Virus record (IMG/VR): IMGVR_UViG_3300006931_000002 | Coordinates: 1 to 64,000 of that record | Length of the DNA: 64,000 nt | Source: a virus | Direction: 5' to 3' (one strand) | Part shown: piece after piece, positions 34,808 through 43,723 of the stretch | How positions within the stretch are numbered: position 1 is the stretch's first letter | How the letters are laid out: the number at the start of each line of letters is the position of its first letter | Program-made: the position numbers and the translations under genes | Notes under the pieces: generated by a model | Seen by the model: only the letters and a program-made list of their open reading frames with translations | What the model was told of the DNA's origin: nothing | Databases searched by the model: none

Positions 34808-35217
34808 CAGACAGCCTCTCCGCCGAAGTCGCCATGCGCCCAGTCCCACAGACACTCCGGAGCAGTATCACCGGATTCGATGCACTCCCACAGATCCACG
34901 GCGATCTCCTGGAGCTTTTGCGGCGCCACGACCTTGGCCAGTTCGAGCAGCAGGAAGATCGTGGAGAACTCGCCGATGAAGCCGACCACGCGGGAGTGGT
35001 AGAGCGGCCAGCGGGGATCGTCCTTGTCCGGCTCACCCTTGAGAAGGTCGTCGATCAGTTCCTGGCTTCGACCGACCCGTTCGCTGCCAGTTTTCGCCAG
35101 CCGGGCGATGAGACGGTCCGCAGTGACGTGCTCCCTGTAGTGGGGCCAGTCGCCGGGCTCGTAGGGCGGGGGTGCCCACGGCATCCCTGGCAGGGCTTCC
35201 TGGTCGAGGGTCGTCAT
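34807..35217 (-). CDS. Hypothetical protein
   Basis: TGATG coupling on both sides. Confidence 0.65.
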   Translation of the reverse strand: MTTLDQEALPGMPWAPPPYEPGDWPHYREHVTADRLIARLAKTGSERVGRSQELIDDLLKGEPDKDDPRWPLYHSRVVGFIGEFSTIFLLLELAKVVAPQKLQEIAVDLWECIESGDTAPECLWDWAHGDFGGEAV

Positions 35218-35522
35218 CAGGAGTCGCTCCCGTCGTGGTTCGCAAGCGTGTGCCCGCAGTTCTCGCACCCACCCGCGTCGTCCTCGGGCTGCTCATAGTC
35301 GTTCCAGATGTGGCAGCACCTACAGGCGGCCCTGAACGCGGCCACAACGGCCGGGTGGTCCTTGTACTTCTCCTCGGACTCGTCTTCCGTATCCCAGTCG
35401 CCGTCCATCAACGCTCGGATTAGAACCGTCAGGACCGGCGTGACGATCTCAGCGGGCGCGCCCAGATTGATGAAGGCGTCCGCCACCGGGTCGAAGTACT
35501 CGTTGGCAGAGTTCCAGCCCAT
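35217..35522 (-). CDS. Hypothetical protein, paralog of 34490-34807
   Basis: MGWNSANEYFDPVADAFINLGAP...DWDT. Confidence 0.7.
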   Translation of the reverse strand: MGWNSANEYFDPVADAFINLGAPAEIVTPVLTVLIRALMDGDWDTEDESEEKYKDHPAVVAAFRAACRCCHIWNDYEQPEDDAGGCENCGHTLANHDGSDS

Positions 35523-35875
35523 CAGTCGCCATCCTCCGTGATCAGGACCAGGTGGGTGCCGTCGGGAACCTCAACGACCAGTTCAGCGCTGTAACTTGTC
35601 GCGGCACACTGGCGGATACTCACAGCCCAGCCCGGCCACGGGAACGTCTCGTCCGCGCCGAGGGGAACGTCGTAGAGGGGGCGCCAGGCCGGTGATGCGC
35701 CGACCGCCCAGGCGCCGTCATGCGTAGCCCAGACCCTGAGTCTTGCGCCGTCGGGTGCGTGGAGTTCGGCCGTCCACGGGCTGTTGCCGTAGTGGTCGTG
35801 TTCGTCTTCGACGCCGCCGAGATTGGTTTCGATCAGGTCGTCGGAGGCGCCTGACAGGGTGAAGGTGATGGGCAT
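35522..35875 (-). CDS. Hypothetical protein
   Basis: GASDDLIE motif; YSAELVVEVPDG. Confidence 0.7.
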   Translation of the reverse strand: MPITFTLSGASDDLIETNLGGVEDEHDHYGNSPWTAELHAPDGARLRVWATHDGAWAVGASPAWRPLYDVPLGADETFPWPGWAVSIRQCAATSYSAELVVEVPDGTHLVLITEDGD

Positions 35876-35903
35876 CAGACACCGGCCTTACGGATCTCGT
35901 GAC

Positions 35904-36260
35904 TCATCGGGTGACCTTCTCGATTCGCCGGGGCAACTGGTTGCGTGAGAAGTAACGGCGGTAGAGCTTGTCCGCCGTCGCAACTACGGCGATGAACGGC
36001 GTGTCGGTTGTCGAGTCCGGGAGGAACCAGTACCGCTCGCCGCCGGGCTCGTCGGCGTCTCGATAGGCGGCGCCGATCTCGAAGATCGGGTCATCGTCTG
36101 GCGGTATCCAGGAGACCAGCATCGTCGGCACGGTGTAGGTGACGTGGTCGTCGCCGTCGAGGACCGTGACCACAAGGTTCGACGACCTTACGGTGCCGGA
36201 CACGCTGGCCTCGTAGATGGCGGCCCGGCCGCCGGGCTGGAGTTCACGGTGGTCAGACAT
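35904..36260 (-). CDS. Hypothetical protein
   Basis: GAGGA RBS. Confidence 0.6.
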   Translation of the reverse strand: MSDHRELQPGGRAAIYEASVSGTVRSSNLVVTVLDGDDHVTYTVPTMLVSWIPPDDDPIFEIGAAYRDADEPGGERYWFLPDSTTDTPFIAVVATADKLYRRYFSRNQLPRRIEKVTR

Positions 36261-36498
36261 CGACATCCTCAAGGGCTGCGGTCGCAGGGACGATCTGGAC
36301 TCGAACTTCGCCGCCGGCAGCGATGTGCAGCGCGGTCCCCAGGTCGCGGTGAAGCCGCTCCGCCCGGCGCGGGTCGCAGAGTGCCATGAGCGTCAGCGCA
36401 TGCTCGATACCGACTGCATCACCCGCGCTGAGGGCCGCATGGAAGATGCGCTCCAGGGTGTCGGCGTCGGCCGCCCAGGCAGGAAGCGCGGTCGTCAC
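36253..36498 (-). CDS. Hypothetical protein
   Basis: GTGA overlap with the IS-interrupted gene. Confidence 0.55.
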   Translation of the reverse strand: MTTALPAWAADADTLERIFHAALSAGDAVGIEHALTLMALCDPRRAERLHRDLGTALHIAAGGEVRVQIVPATAALEDVDV

Positions 36499-36687
36499 CG
36501 CTCTCCGACCTTCAGGGCGATGGCATCCGCAGCGTCCTCGAAGTCGTCTGCGGTCTCCGTCACGGTCTGCACCGTGACGTCGTCGACGCACGCCACCCGC
36601 AGCAGATTCTGAATGAACGCGATCAGGCCGAGTCGGCTGACCGTGTGGTCCTCCGGGCAGTCGTGCTGGATGTTCAAGCTGCCGACC

Positions 36688-36900
36688 ATCATGCCGTCGT
36701 GGCGGACTTGACATCCTCTCCGCCCTGAAGGGCGAAGATTCCCGCCTGCTACGCCGCTGTCGGCGTCAGCTTCGGGTGGGTTCCCGCTTCGCCGCGCTGT
36801 GCCGGCACGGATGCCGGTCTTACCTGCGCTCCACGGGCAGACACCGCCAGTCCGGCGGCCAAAGCGACGTTGACCGCCGCGTTCACATCCCGGTCGTGCA
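36688..36900 (-). ncRNA. Predicted TnpB omega-RNA (reRNA) with flank-derived guide
   Basis: Expected from TnpB biology: overlaps tnpB 3' end and right end; guide GUCCGCCACGACGGCAUG; boundaries approximate. Confidence 0.6.
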
Positions 36901-37948
36901 CCGACCCGCAGGCCGCACACGTCCACTCGCGGACGGCCAGCGGTTTCGGACCGTCCTTCACCCCGCAGGCCGAACAGGTCTGCGAGGTCGGCTCGAACCG
37001 GCCGATCTTCACGAAACGGCGCCCATACAACGCCGCCTTGTACTCCAACATGGCGACGAACGCTGACCATCCGGCGTCGTGCACTGACTTGGCCAGCCGG
37101 GTACGCGCGAGCCCCTTCACCGCCAGATCCTCCACAGCGACCGCTTGGTTCTCGCGGATCAGCCTCGTGGACAACTGGTGATGAAACTCGCGCCGCGCGT
37201 CGGCGACCTTGGCGTGCGCACGGGCCACCTTCACCCGAGCCTTGGCCCGGTTCGCCGAGCCCTTCTGTTTGCGGGACAGGTCCCGCTGTGCCTTCTTGAG
37301 CTTCTTCTCCGCTCGGCGTAGGAACTTCGGCGACTCGACCTTCGTGCCGTCTGACAGGACCGCGAAGTGCGTCAGCCCCAGGTCGATACCCACCTCGGAT
37401 GCGGCCGCCGGCAACGCCTCCGGGTCGGTCTCCACGACGAAGCTCGCGAAGTACCGACCCGCACTGTCCTTGACCACCGTCACCGATGACGGGACCGACG
37501 GCAGGCGCCGCGACCAGCGCACCTCCACATAGCCGATCTTCGGCAGGCGCAGTTTTCCATCCCTGACCGACCATCCGGCGTTCGCCGTGAACCGGACCGC
37601 CTGTCGCGTGTCCCGCTTCGACTTGAACCGGGGAGCGCCCATCCGGGGCCGCTTCCCCTTCAGTCCGTCGAAGAAGTTCCGGTAGGCCACATCCAAATCC
37701 CGGAGCGACTGTTGCAGCACCACCGCTGACACGTCGCCGAGCCAGGCTCGCTCGGGCGTCTTCTTCGCCTCGGTGATGACCAGCTTCGACAGGTCGCCGG
37801 ACTTCGGAAACGGCAGCCCATCCGCGCGGGCGGTCTCGCGGACGCGAAGCGCGTCGTTGTAGACCACCCGCGCACACCCGAACGTCCGGGCCAACGCCTT
37901 CTGCTGGCCGACGGTCGGGTACAGGCGGAAGCTGTACCGAAGCTGCAC
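36749..37948 (-). CDS. tnpB: TnpB RNA-guided endonuclease
   Basis: YSFRLYPT, FGCARVVYN; RuvC GIDLG / VEDL / DRDVNAA; CSACG...CAACG zinc finger. Confidence 0.97.
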   Translation of the reverse strand: MQLRYSFRLYPTVGQQKALARTFGCARVVYNDALRVRETARADGLPFPKSGDLSKLVITEAKKTPERAWLGDVSAVVLQQSLRDLDVAYRNFFDGLKGKRPRMGAPRFKSKRDTRQAVRFTANAGWSVRDGKLRLPKIGYVEVRWSRRLPSVPSSVTVVKDSAGRYFASFVVETDPEALPAAASEVGIDLGLTHFAVLSDGTKVESPKFLRRAEKKLKKAQRDLSRKQKGSANRAKARVKVARAHAKVADARREFHHQLSTRLIRENQAVAVEDLAVKGLARTRLAKSVHDAGWSAFVAMLEYKAALYGRRFVKIGRFEPTSQTCSACGVKDGPKPLAVREWTCAACGSVHDRDVNAAVNVALAAGLAVSARGAQVRPASVPAQRGEAGTHPKLTPTAA

Positions 37949-37970
37949 GATCACAGTCTAGCATTGGCTT

Positions 37971-38387
37971 ATGGCCAAAGATCCCGACATTCGCACTGGC
38001 AGGCACTGCGTTTTCGCGCTGCACGCGCACTTGGTCTTCGTCACCAAGTACCGGCACCGCATCTTCGACGACCAGCACCTGACCCGCCTGGAAGAAATCA
38101 TGCAGGCGGTGTGCGCCGACTTCGAGGCCGAGTTGATCGAGTTCAACGGCGAACGCGACCACGTCCATCTGCTGGTCAACTTCCCGCCAAAGGTCGCACT
38201 GTCCCGACTGGTCAACAGCCTGAAAGGCGTCTCCTCCCGACGGCTGCGCCAGGAGTACCCCGAGCTGGTCCGGCACTACTGGCGCACCCAGCGACTCTGG
38301 GCCGGGTCCTACTTCGCGGGCTCTGTTGGTGGCGCCCCGCTTGACGTCCTCCGCCGGTACATCGAGGAGCAGACCCGTCCGGTCTAG
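37971..38387 (+). CDS. tnpA: TnpA Y1 HUH transposase
   Basis: HLVFVTKYR, DHVHLL (HUH), LKGVSSR, YIEEQ. Confidence 0.97.
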   Translation: MAKDPDIRTGRHCVFALHAHLVFVTKYRHRIFDDQHLTRLEEIMQAVCADFEAELIEFNGERDHVHLLVNFPPKVALSRLVNSLKGVSSRRLRQEYPELVRHYWRTQRLWAGSYFAGSVGGAPLDVLRRYIEEQTRPV

Positions 38388-38546
38388 AGCACGCTCGGGC
38401 CTGGCGGCCCTCCCGCGCGGGCCTTCACCCCCGGCCTGAAGGCCGGAGCACTGGCCCGCACCTTGGTAGACGTTCTCGATGTCGCCGTCGGCGTTGGTCG
38501 CATGGGTAATCGTGAAGGTCATCTCTCTCCTTGATCGGGGGGGCCG

Positions 38547-38831
38547 TTACCGTTGGTCGACCGGGCAGACGACGACCGCTGACGAACCGAGGCCGTAGGC
38601 GTAGCCCAGCCAGGCGCCCGCGGATACCAAGGCGGCCAGGAACACGACTGCCGACAGGGTGAGGCAGACAGCTCCGAACGTCCGGCGTAGACGTGAACGG
38701 GTGGGCGCCAGGACGACGGGCTCCGTCTCCGGCTCGGCGACCGAGGTGAGCCGGCGGAGTGCCAGCGTGTCCGGTTCGATGCGGTGCAGGTCCGTGGTCG
38801 TCTCGAACCGGCGGGCGGCATGACGGCTCAT
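38547..38831 (-). CDS. Small membrane protein
   Basis: C-terminal TM segment; ATGA overlap. Confidence 0.5.
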   Translation of the reverse strand: MSRHAARRFETTTDLHRIEPDTLALRRLTSVAEPETEPVVLAPTRSRLRRTFGAVCLTLSAVVFLAALVSAGAWLGYAYGLGSSAVVVCPVDQR

Positions 38832-38954
38832 GCGGCCGCCTCCGGGTTGGGCTCTCCCCGAGCCGCGGAGTCCCGGTCGCACGGCTCGGGGAGAGGTGTA
38901 GCCCCGTCGACGACGGAAGGGGGGCCGCCGCCGACGGGGAGCTTGAGACGAGGG

Positions 38955-39386
38955 TCAGCCATCACGGACCCCCAAGTGGGAAAGCTGTTCGGCCGCCTGG
39001 TCGAGGGCGCCCGCCAGGTGGCCTGCAAGGGAGATGGCGTCGATCAGCTCGGCGGCTGCCCATTGCGCGCAGCCCGCCCCGGCGCCCGGTGTTTCAGGAA
39101 GCCGGTCGTCGTACAGGCCACCTCGGGTCGACGTTGTTTCGGCGATCCGGGCGAACTGGCGGAGCGCCTGGGGCAGCTTGTGGGCCATCGCAGCGAGGCT
39201 GCGTACGGCCCGTTCCAGGTCGGATGGCCAGGTGATGCCGCCGTCGCCGGCGATCGTTGCATGGTTGATCTGGCGGATGAGCTGGTCGGCTCCGGCGGCG
39301 AGACGCACCACTTCGGGGGTGTCGTCAGCCACGACGGCCCTCGCCGAGCAAGTCCAGGAGGGCGTCGAGAGAATCAACTCCGCCAT
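38955..39386 (-). CDS. Hypothetical helical protein
   Basis: LIRQINHATI...LPQALRQ; start may be GTG 39332. Confidence 0.55.
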   Translation of the reverse strand: MAELILSTPSWTCSARAVVADDTPEVVRLAAGADQLIRQINHATIAGDGGITWPSDLERAVRSLAAMAHKLPQALRQFARIAETTSTRGGLYDDRLPETPGAGAGCAQWAAAELIDAISLAGHLAGALDQAAEQLSHLGVRDG

Positions 39387-39648
39387 AGACCCGGATCGTG
39401 TTGTCGCCCTTGCGGATGTCCTCCAACACCCAGGCGGCGAAGGGCTTGCCTTCCGGACAGCGGGCGCGGATGAAGTGGCTCTCGCCGTGCTGTTCGGCGC
39501 TGGCCTCCCAGCGGGGGGCGCAGCAGGGGCCGAGGGCTTTCGACTGGAACAGGATGCCGCCGGTGTCCGGGCTGGCGGTGTAGTCCTTCGAGCAGTCGTC
39601 GCAGAGAACAGCGGCACCGAAGTCGTAGGTTTCGATCGGCTCGGACAT
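39325..39648 (-). CDS. Hypothetical Cys-rich protein
   Basis: LCDDCSKDYT, GGILFQSKALGPCC. Confidence 0.65.
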   Translation of the reverse strand: MSEPIETYDFGAAVLCDDCSKDYTASPDTGGILFQSKALGPCCAPRWEASAEQHGESHFIRARCPEGKPFAAWVLEDIRKGDNTIRVYGGVDSLDALLDLLGEGRRG

Positions 39649-39757
39649 CAGTGGTTGCCTTTCGGCTGGCCGCACAAGGCGCAGGTGTCAGGTGATGGCC
39701 TGTCCGGGTTGACCGGGTCGACGGCCCATTCAGGGTCGAAGTCGTGGTCGACGGCCA

Positions 39758-40249
39758 TCAACGGTTCGCCTCCAATGCGACCGCTTCGGCCAGCGATGGC
39801 CGCTGGGTGAGCACGGCTGGTACGACCAGTGCGATGCCGCAGGATTCCGGGTCGACGTCGCACAGCGACATCTGCCGTGTTGCAGGGGCCACCGCCTCGG
39901 CGGGGCGGGTCGACGGGCCGGCATCCGCATGTGGCAGGTGCAGGAATACTGGGCCGACCGCGGCGGCCAGGCCCACGGTGAGGACGACGCCGAACAGGAT
40001 GCCGCCGCCGTCGGCACGCCTGGCCGGATGCCGGGCGGCAAGCGGCTCGTCGTCGACGTCGGGCTCCGGGTCGGTGTTCTCGTCGGGCTCGTCGCCATCC
40101 GGCAGGTCGGGCACGGGTCGCAGCGCCGACACGGTGACTACGGGCGGGGCGAGTGGGGGCAGGAGCGGAAACGCGACGATCTGTTTCGAGCTGAGGACCA
40201 CCGTTCTGTCGAGGTCCGGGCCGGTGTAGCGGACAGCGGTAACCGTCAT
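39758..40249 (-). CDS. Hypothetical membrane protein
   Basis: TM segment GGILFGVVLTVGLAAAV. Confidence 0.5.
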   Translation of the reverse strand: MTVTAVRYTGPDLDRTVVLSSKQIVAFPLLPPLAPPVVTVSALRPVPDLPDGDEPDENTDPEPDVDDEPLAARHPARRADGGGILFGVVLTVGLAAAVGPVFLHLPHADAGPSTRPAEAVAPATRQMSLCDVDPESCGIALVVPAVLTQRPSLAEAVALEANR

Positions 40250-40752
40250 CGGGCGGTCTCCCTGTAGACGTGAAGCTCTAGGCCGGCGCCCACCGCACGG
40301 GTGATGCAGTCATGGGTGCCGTGGGTGAAATGGCCCGGTGGAAGTAGGCGGCCGTCGTGACGGCAGGGGCCGGGCTTGGTGCAGCAGTGGGCGAACGCCA
40401 AAACCACGTCCTCACCCGGCACCATCAGCGTGACCATTTCGCCGTTGCGGATTTGGCCAGCGCCCGGGTTGAACCTGCCCCTGCCGTCTGGCCCGTTCCA
40501 GGCTGCGGGATGGGGATCGTGTACTACATCCCGCCGCGGATTCGGGCCGTAGATCAGAGCCATCGCCCAGTTGCGGGCGATCCGGTCGGCGCCCGGGGTG
40601 CCGTCCTTGCGGGGCGGGCAGTCGCCGTGGACCACGACCAGTTCGGACGTGCGGTTGGCGACGGCGAGCGGGCCGGGCAGATAGTCACCGAGCCGGGCGG
40701 AGATCAGAGCGAGGTTGGTCCACGAACGGCTGCCGGTCACTAGCACCCTCAT
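40246..40752 (-). CDS. SLOG-superfamily (DUF2493/YspA-like) protein
   Basis: MRVLVTGSR, VVHGDC, GADRIA, AGQIRNGEMV, HGTHDC. Confidence 0.85.
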   Translation of the reverse strand: MRVLVTGSRSWTNLALISARLGDYLPGPLAVANRTSELVVVHGDCPPRKDGTPGADRIARNWAMALIYGPNPRRDVVHDPHPAAWNGPDGRGRFNPGAGQIRNGEMVTLMVPGEDVVLAFAHCCTKPGPCRHDGRLLPPGHFTHGTHDCITRAVGAGLELHVYRETAR

Positions 40753-41081
40753 GCCGCACCACCGATCATGACGACAGGCAGCCAGCGGGTGTCATCCGGC
40801 GACACGAACCCGTGATGTGCCTGCGGCTGGTAGGTCTTACCGGCTGGCGGCCACACCTCGAAACCGTCGTCGGCGCGCCGAACACGCATCCCGACAGTTC
40901 CGCCGGGCATCCGCTTTGCCGGGTAGTCCGGGTGCAGCCAGCACAGCCGGTCACTGTCACACCACATGGCCCAGGGCAGGGTCCAAGCTTCTTCGCCTGG
41001 CAGCATGCCGGCCAACGTGCGGGGCTCCAGCGTTTCCGGAAGCCGCTGCCGGGTCCGCGGCTGCCTTGTGAACAGGCTCAT
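40749..41081 (-). CDS. Hypothetical protein
   Basis: ATGA coupling; WTLPWAMWCDSDRLCWLHPDY. Confidence 0.65.
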   Translation of the reverse strand: MSLFTRQPRTRQRLPETLEPRTLAGMLPGEEAWTLPWAMWCDSDRLCWLHPDYPAKRMPGGTVGMRVRRADDGFEVWPPAGKTYQPQAHHGFVSPDDTRWLPVVMIGGAA

Positions 41082-41431
41082 GCCGCCACCGGCTCTCGGA
41101 GCGTGGCGACCTGCACCCATGGCATCCAGATCGGCACCGCGTTGGCGTCCAGCTTCCAGGCGATATCCCACAAACCCGGTGTCAAGGCGCCGGCCGTGTA
41201 GCCGTCGGCTAGCCAGTCACCCGGCGGATCGGACCACCAGTGGTCGAACGCGCACCATGACGCCGGGTCCAACGTGGAACGCAACAGTCCGCCGTAGGTC
41301 TGTGGCACCCGGCACCACGGCGTTGCCCCGTCGGCAAGTCCCGGGCAGTACGGGGTGATCTCCAGGTCGCCGTGCGGGTCCTCGGCGACAAGGACCCTGT
41401 GATCGTCGAACTGCCAGGCGAACAGGCTCAT
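41078..41431 (-). CDS. Hypothetical protein
   Basis: ATGA coupling. Confidence 0.6.
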   Translation of the reverse strand: MSLFAWQFDDHRVLVAEDPHGDLEITPYCPGLADGATPWCRVPQTYGGLLRSTLDPASWCAFDHWWSDPPGDWLADGYTAGALTPGLWDIAWKLDANAVPIWMPWVQVATLREPVAA

Positions 41432-41664
41432 GCGGCCACCGCCGTCTCGATGACGAAGCGGGCCACCGTCCGCCTGCCTGAGACCACCCGGCCTGTGCCG
41501 GTGACGGGGTCGAGTAGCACCTCAATGTCGCCGAGCACCGACGGCCAGACGTGGTTGCGGATCGCGTCCTCAATCTCGCGCGGGCTGTCTCCAATCGAGA
41601 CCATCAGCGGGAGGATCGGACGGCGGGAACCGGTGAACGTCACCATCGCGGGGTAGGCGCCCAT
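41428..41664 (-). CDS. Hypothetical protein
   Basis: Coupled overlaps. Confidence 0.6.
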   Translation of the reverse strand: MGAYPAMVTFTGSRRPILPLMVSIGDSPREIEDAIRNHVWPSVLGDIEVLLDPVTGTGRVVSGRRTVARFVIETAVAA

Positions 41665-41851
41665 CAGGCACTCCGCCGGGCGTCGTCGAGTTCGCAGGCC
41701 CTGACCCACAGGGCTGTGGCCCGGTCGCCGCCGGCCTCGTCGAACAGGGCATCACACAGGTCGTCGCGCAGTGTGCCGGGGCTCATCGCCGCGAAGTCGA
41801 CGGCCAGCGCGGCGACGATCGCCTCATCGGACAGCCGCTCCAGGAAGGCGC

Positions 41852-42271
41852 TCACGCCGCCACCGCCCCACGGCGCAGCAGGCAGGAGTCCTCCAGATGC
41901 CACCGCCACACGAGGTCGGCCTTCTCCCGGCTCCAGCCGCGCGAGAACGCGCCACAGGGACAGACGACCATCCACAGGCCGTCCGAGTCGGGCAGCAGAC
42001 CGCCGGTCGACTCCTCGATGACCCGTTCGTGCCGGTGGCCCCGTCCCCACGCCTCAACCTGCTGACGGTCAGCCGCGACTGGGGTCAGCGCACCGCAGGC
42101 GCAGCGGGCCTGCCACAGAGATGACGGCTGTTCGTACACGTCGATGATTCGGCCTGAGTCCGGGTCGATCTCGATGCCGACCTTGACCGGGGCCGCTTCC
42201 AACGGCCAGTAGTGAAACCGGTGGGCGCGGCGAACCTCGTCTGGTGTGGGGGCGACGACGGTGGCGCCCAT
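41852..42271 (-). CDS. Hypothetical protein with two CxCG repeats
   Basis: WQARCACG and WMVVCPCG. Confidence 0.6.
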   Translation of the reverse strand: MGATVVAPTPDEVRRAHRFHYWPLEAAPVKVGIEIDPDSGRIIDVYEQPSSLWQARCACGALTPVAADRQQVEAWGRGHRHERVIEESTGGLLPDSDGLWMVVCPCGAFSRGWSREKADLVWRWHLEDSCLLRRGAVAA

Positions 42272-42615
42272 CAGGCCACCCCCGCCGGGTCGCTGTCGAG
42301 CCGCCCGCCGGGCGCAGCATTCCGGGCCTCGGTCTCTGCGCACAGCAGCGGCCAGTTGTGCGCGAGCCCCAGCATGTTGATGCTGTCCGCTTTCCAGTAG
42401 GCAGCCATCAGCAGCGCGCTGGCCGTCGCCTCGGGCATCGACGCGGCCTCCCGGTGGTCGAACCCGTAATCGTCTGGGAACTCGAAGAAGCGGTGCCACG
42501 TCTCGTCGATGCGGTCCGCGTCGTCGGCGTGGGAACGCTGGTGAGCGGCGATGATCAGACTGGCGAAGGATTCGTTACGCAACGCCTTCGACGCCTGGAA
42601 GTCGGCGAGGCTCAC
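42271..42615 (-). CDS. Hypothetical protein
   Basis: ALLMAAYWKADSIN...ARNAAPGGRL; internal duplication. Confidence 0.65.
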   Translation of the reverse strand: MSLADFQASKALRNESFASLIIAAHQRSHADDADRIDETWHRFFEFPDDYGFDHREAASMPEATASALLMAAYWKADSINMLGLAHNWPLLCAETEARNAAPGGRLDSDPAGVA

Positions 42616-42938
42616 CGGGCCACCTCGACGGGCTCGTAGTCCTCGGTGACCCCGTACGGGGCGATCGGGAACACGTCCTCAGCCGGGGCCGGCGGCCAGA
42701 ACACGACGGTCAGCCGATCGATGACGGCCAGCAACTCGTCGTTGCCGTGAGCCAGGTCCCGGGCCCGTTCCGGCAGATCCCAGCGGTAGCCGTCCAAGTC
42801 CACGCCGTCCGGGCAGGTCGCCTCGGTGTAGATCGCGAACGGGTCGACCCCGCCCGAGATGACGGCGATCAGCGCCGCGTCGTGCGGGTCAACGGCGGCC
42901 AGGCCGGCGAGTGCTGGTTGGTCGGTGGTGACGGTCAC
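42612..42938 (-). CDS. Hypothetical protein, first gene of the leftward arm
   Basis: GAGGGG RBS. Confidence 0.6.
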   Translation of the reverse strand: MTVTTDQPALAGLAAVDPHDAALIAVISGGVDPFAIYTEATCPDGVDLDGYRWDLPERARDLAHGNDELLAVIDRLTVVFWPPAPAEDVFPIAPYGVTEDYEPVEVAR

Positions 42939-42978
42939 AAAGCCCCCCTCTGCTCACGGCCCGTTCGGTCCGGGCCAT

Positions 42979-43084
42979 GGCAGCATGTTCCCATACATTC
43001 CTTGATCGATCAAGTCAGCTCTAGGTAGCGGCCCGTCCGTGTGGCATGCTTGCCATACTGTAGGAACATAGAGGAACATGCCGC
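42979..43084. promoter_or_regulatory. Divergence point of the early arms, with palindrome and repeats
   Basis: Perfect CTTGATCGATCAAG at 43001-43014; GGAACAT three times (one inverted); CATACT -10. Confidence 0.55.
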
Positions 43085-43620
43085 AGCGAGAGGGGGAAGC
43101 GATGGCACTCCAGCGACGCACCCCCATGCCTCGCGGCGGCCCACTACGGCAGATCTCCGCCAGGCGCGAGGCACAGCACGACGGGCCGCTCTGGTCGACG
43201 CTCACCCGGTCCGAACTGCACCGATGCGCCGAACCTAGGCGCCTCACGGCACCTAGGTGGAAGACCGCCAAGCCCACGCCCGACCCGGTCACCACCGACG
43301 TGCGGGCCATCGTCCGCCGCCGCTCAGGTGGCCGCTGCGAACTGTGCGGAACCGTCCTACAGCCCGGCCACAGTTCGATACAGCACCGGCAGCGCCGAGG
43401 CCATGGCGACCACACCGTCACGAACCTGCTCGACGTCTGCGGCAGGGATGCGGGCGAAGGCTGCCACGCACTTTGTGATCGTTCGCCGCGTCGTTTCGAC
43501 GAGGGCTGGTCGGTCCGCTCGTGGCTGGACCCGGCCTCACAGCCTGTGCTGCTCGTGGGTGGCCGGCGGGTGCTGCTGACCACGGACGGCGGCTACGAGG
43601 CGGTGTCGATGCCGCCCTGA
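43078..43620 (+). CDS. HNH-like endonuclease
   Basis: RSGGRCELCG, QHRQRRGHG, NLLDVC...GCH; GWSVRS. Confidence 0.75.
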   Translation: MPQREGEAMALQRRTPMPRGGPLRQISARREAQHDGPLWSTLTRSELHRCAEPRRLTAPRWKTAKPTPDPVTTDVRAIVRRRSGGRCELCGTVLQPGHSSIQHRQRRGHGDHTVTNLLDVCGRDAGEGCHALCDRSPRRFDEGWSVRSWLDPASQPVLLVGGRRVLLTTDGGYEAVSMPP

Positions 43621-43626
43621 ACAGCA

Positions 43627-43664
43627 AGAAGCCCGGCCACTCGGGGGGAAGCGGCCGGGCTTCT
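43627..43664 (+). terminator. Hairpin
   Basis: AGAAGCCCGGCC ... GGCCGGGCTTCT. Confidence 0.55.
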
Positions 43665-43723
43665 GCGGGACGTCAACCCGGTTCCCGCCGGGCCAACTAC
43701 TCACACGCTATGGAGACAATACC

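Larger units (their letters stand above)
36708..38465 (-). mobile_element. IS200/IS605-family element, IS605 group (divergent tnpA/tnpB), 1758 bp
   Basis: Left end CAAGG... with CCGGCC-TTCA-GGCCGG hairpin; right-end hairpin CGCCC-TTCA-GGGCG and terminal TCAA; no target duplication. Confidence 0.92.
36495..38522 (-). pseudogene. 89-aa phage gene interrupted in frame by the IS605-group element
   Basis: Removing 36708-38465 gives MTFTITHATNADGDIENVY|VRHDGMMVGSLNIQ...KVGER*; AAGGAG RBS. Confidence 0.8.

Noticed and set aside
36708-38465. IStron (group I intron-IS hybrid) explaining the tolerated insertion
   Set aside because: Only about 80 bp lie between the left end and the tnpA stop, leaving no room for a group I intron core
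36495-38522. The 675-aa ORF as a genuine evolved protein
   Set aside because: The middle 586 codons are a shadow frame of tnpA/tnpB; only the flanks look like a real gene
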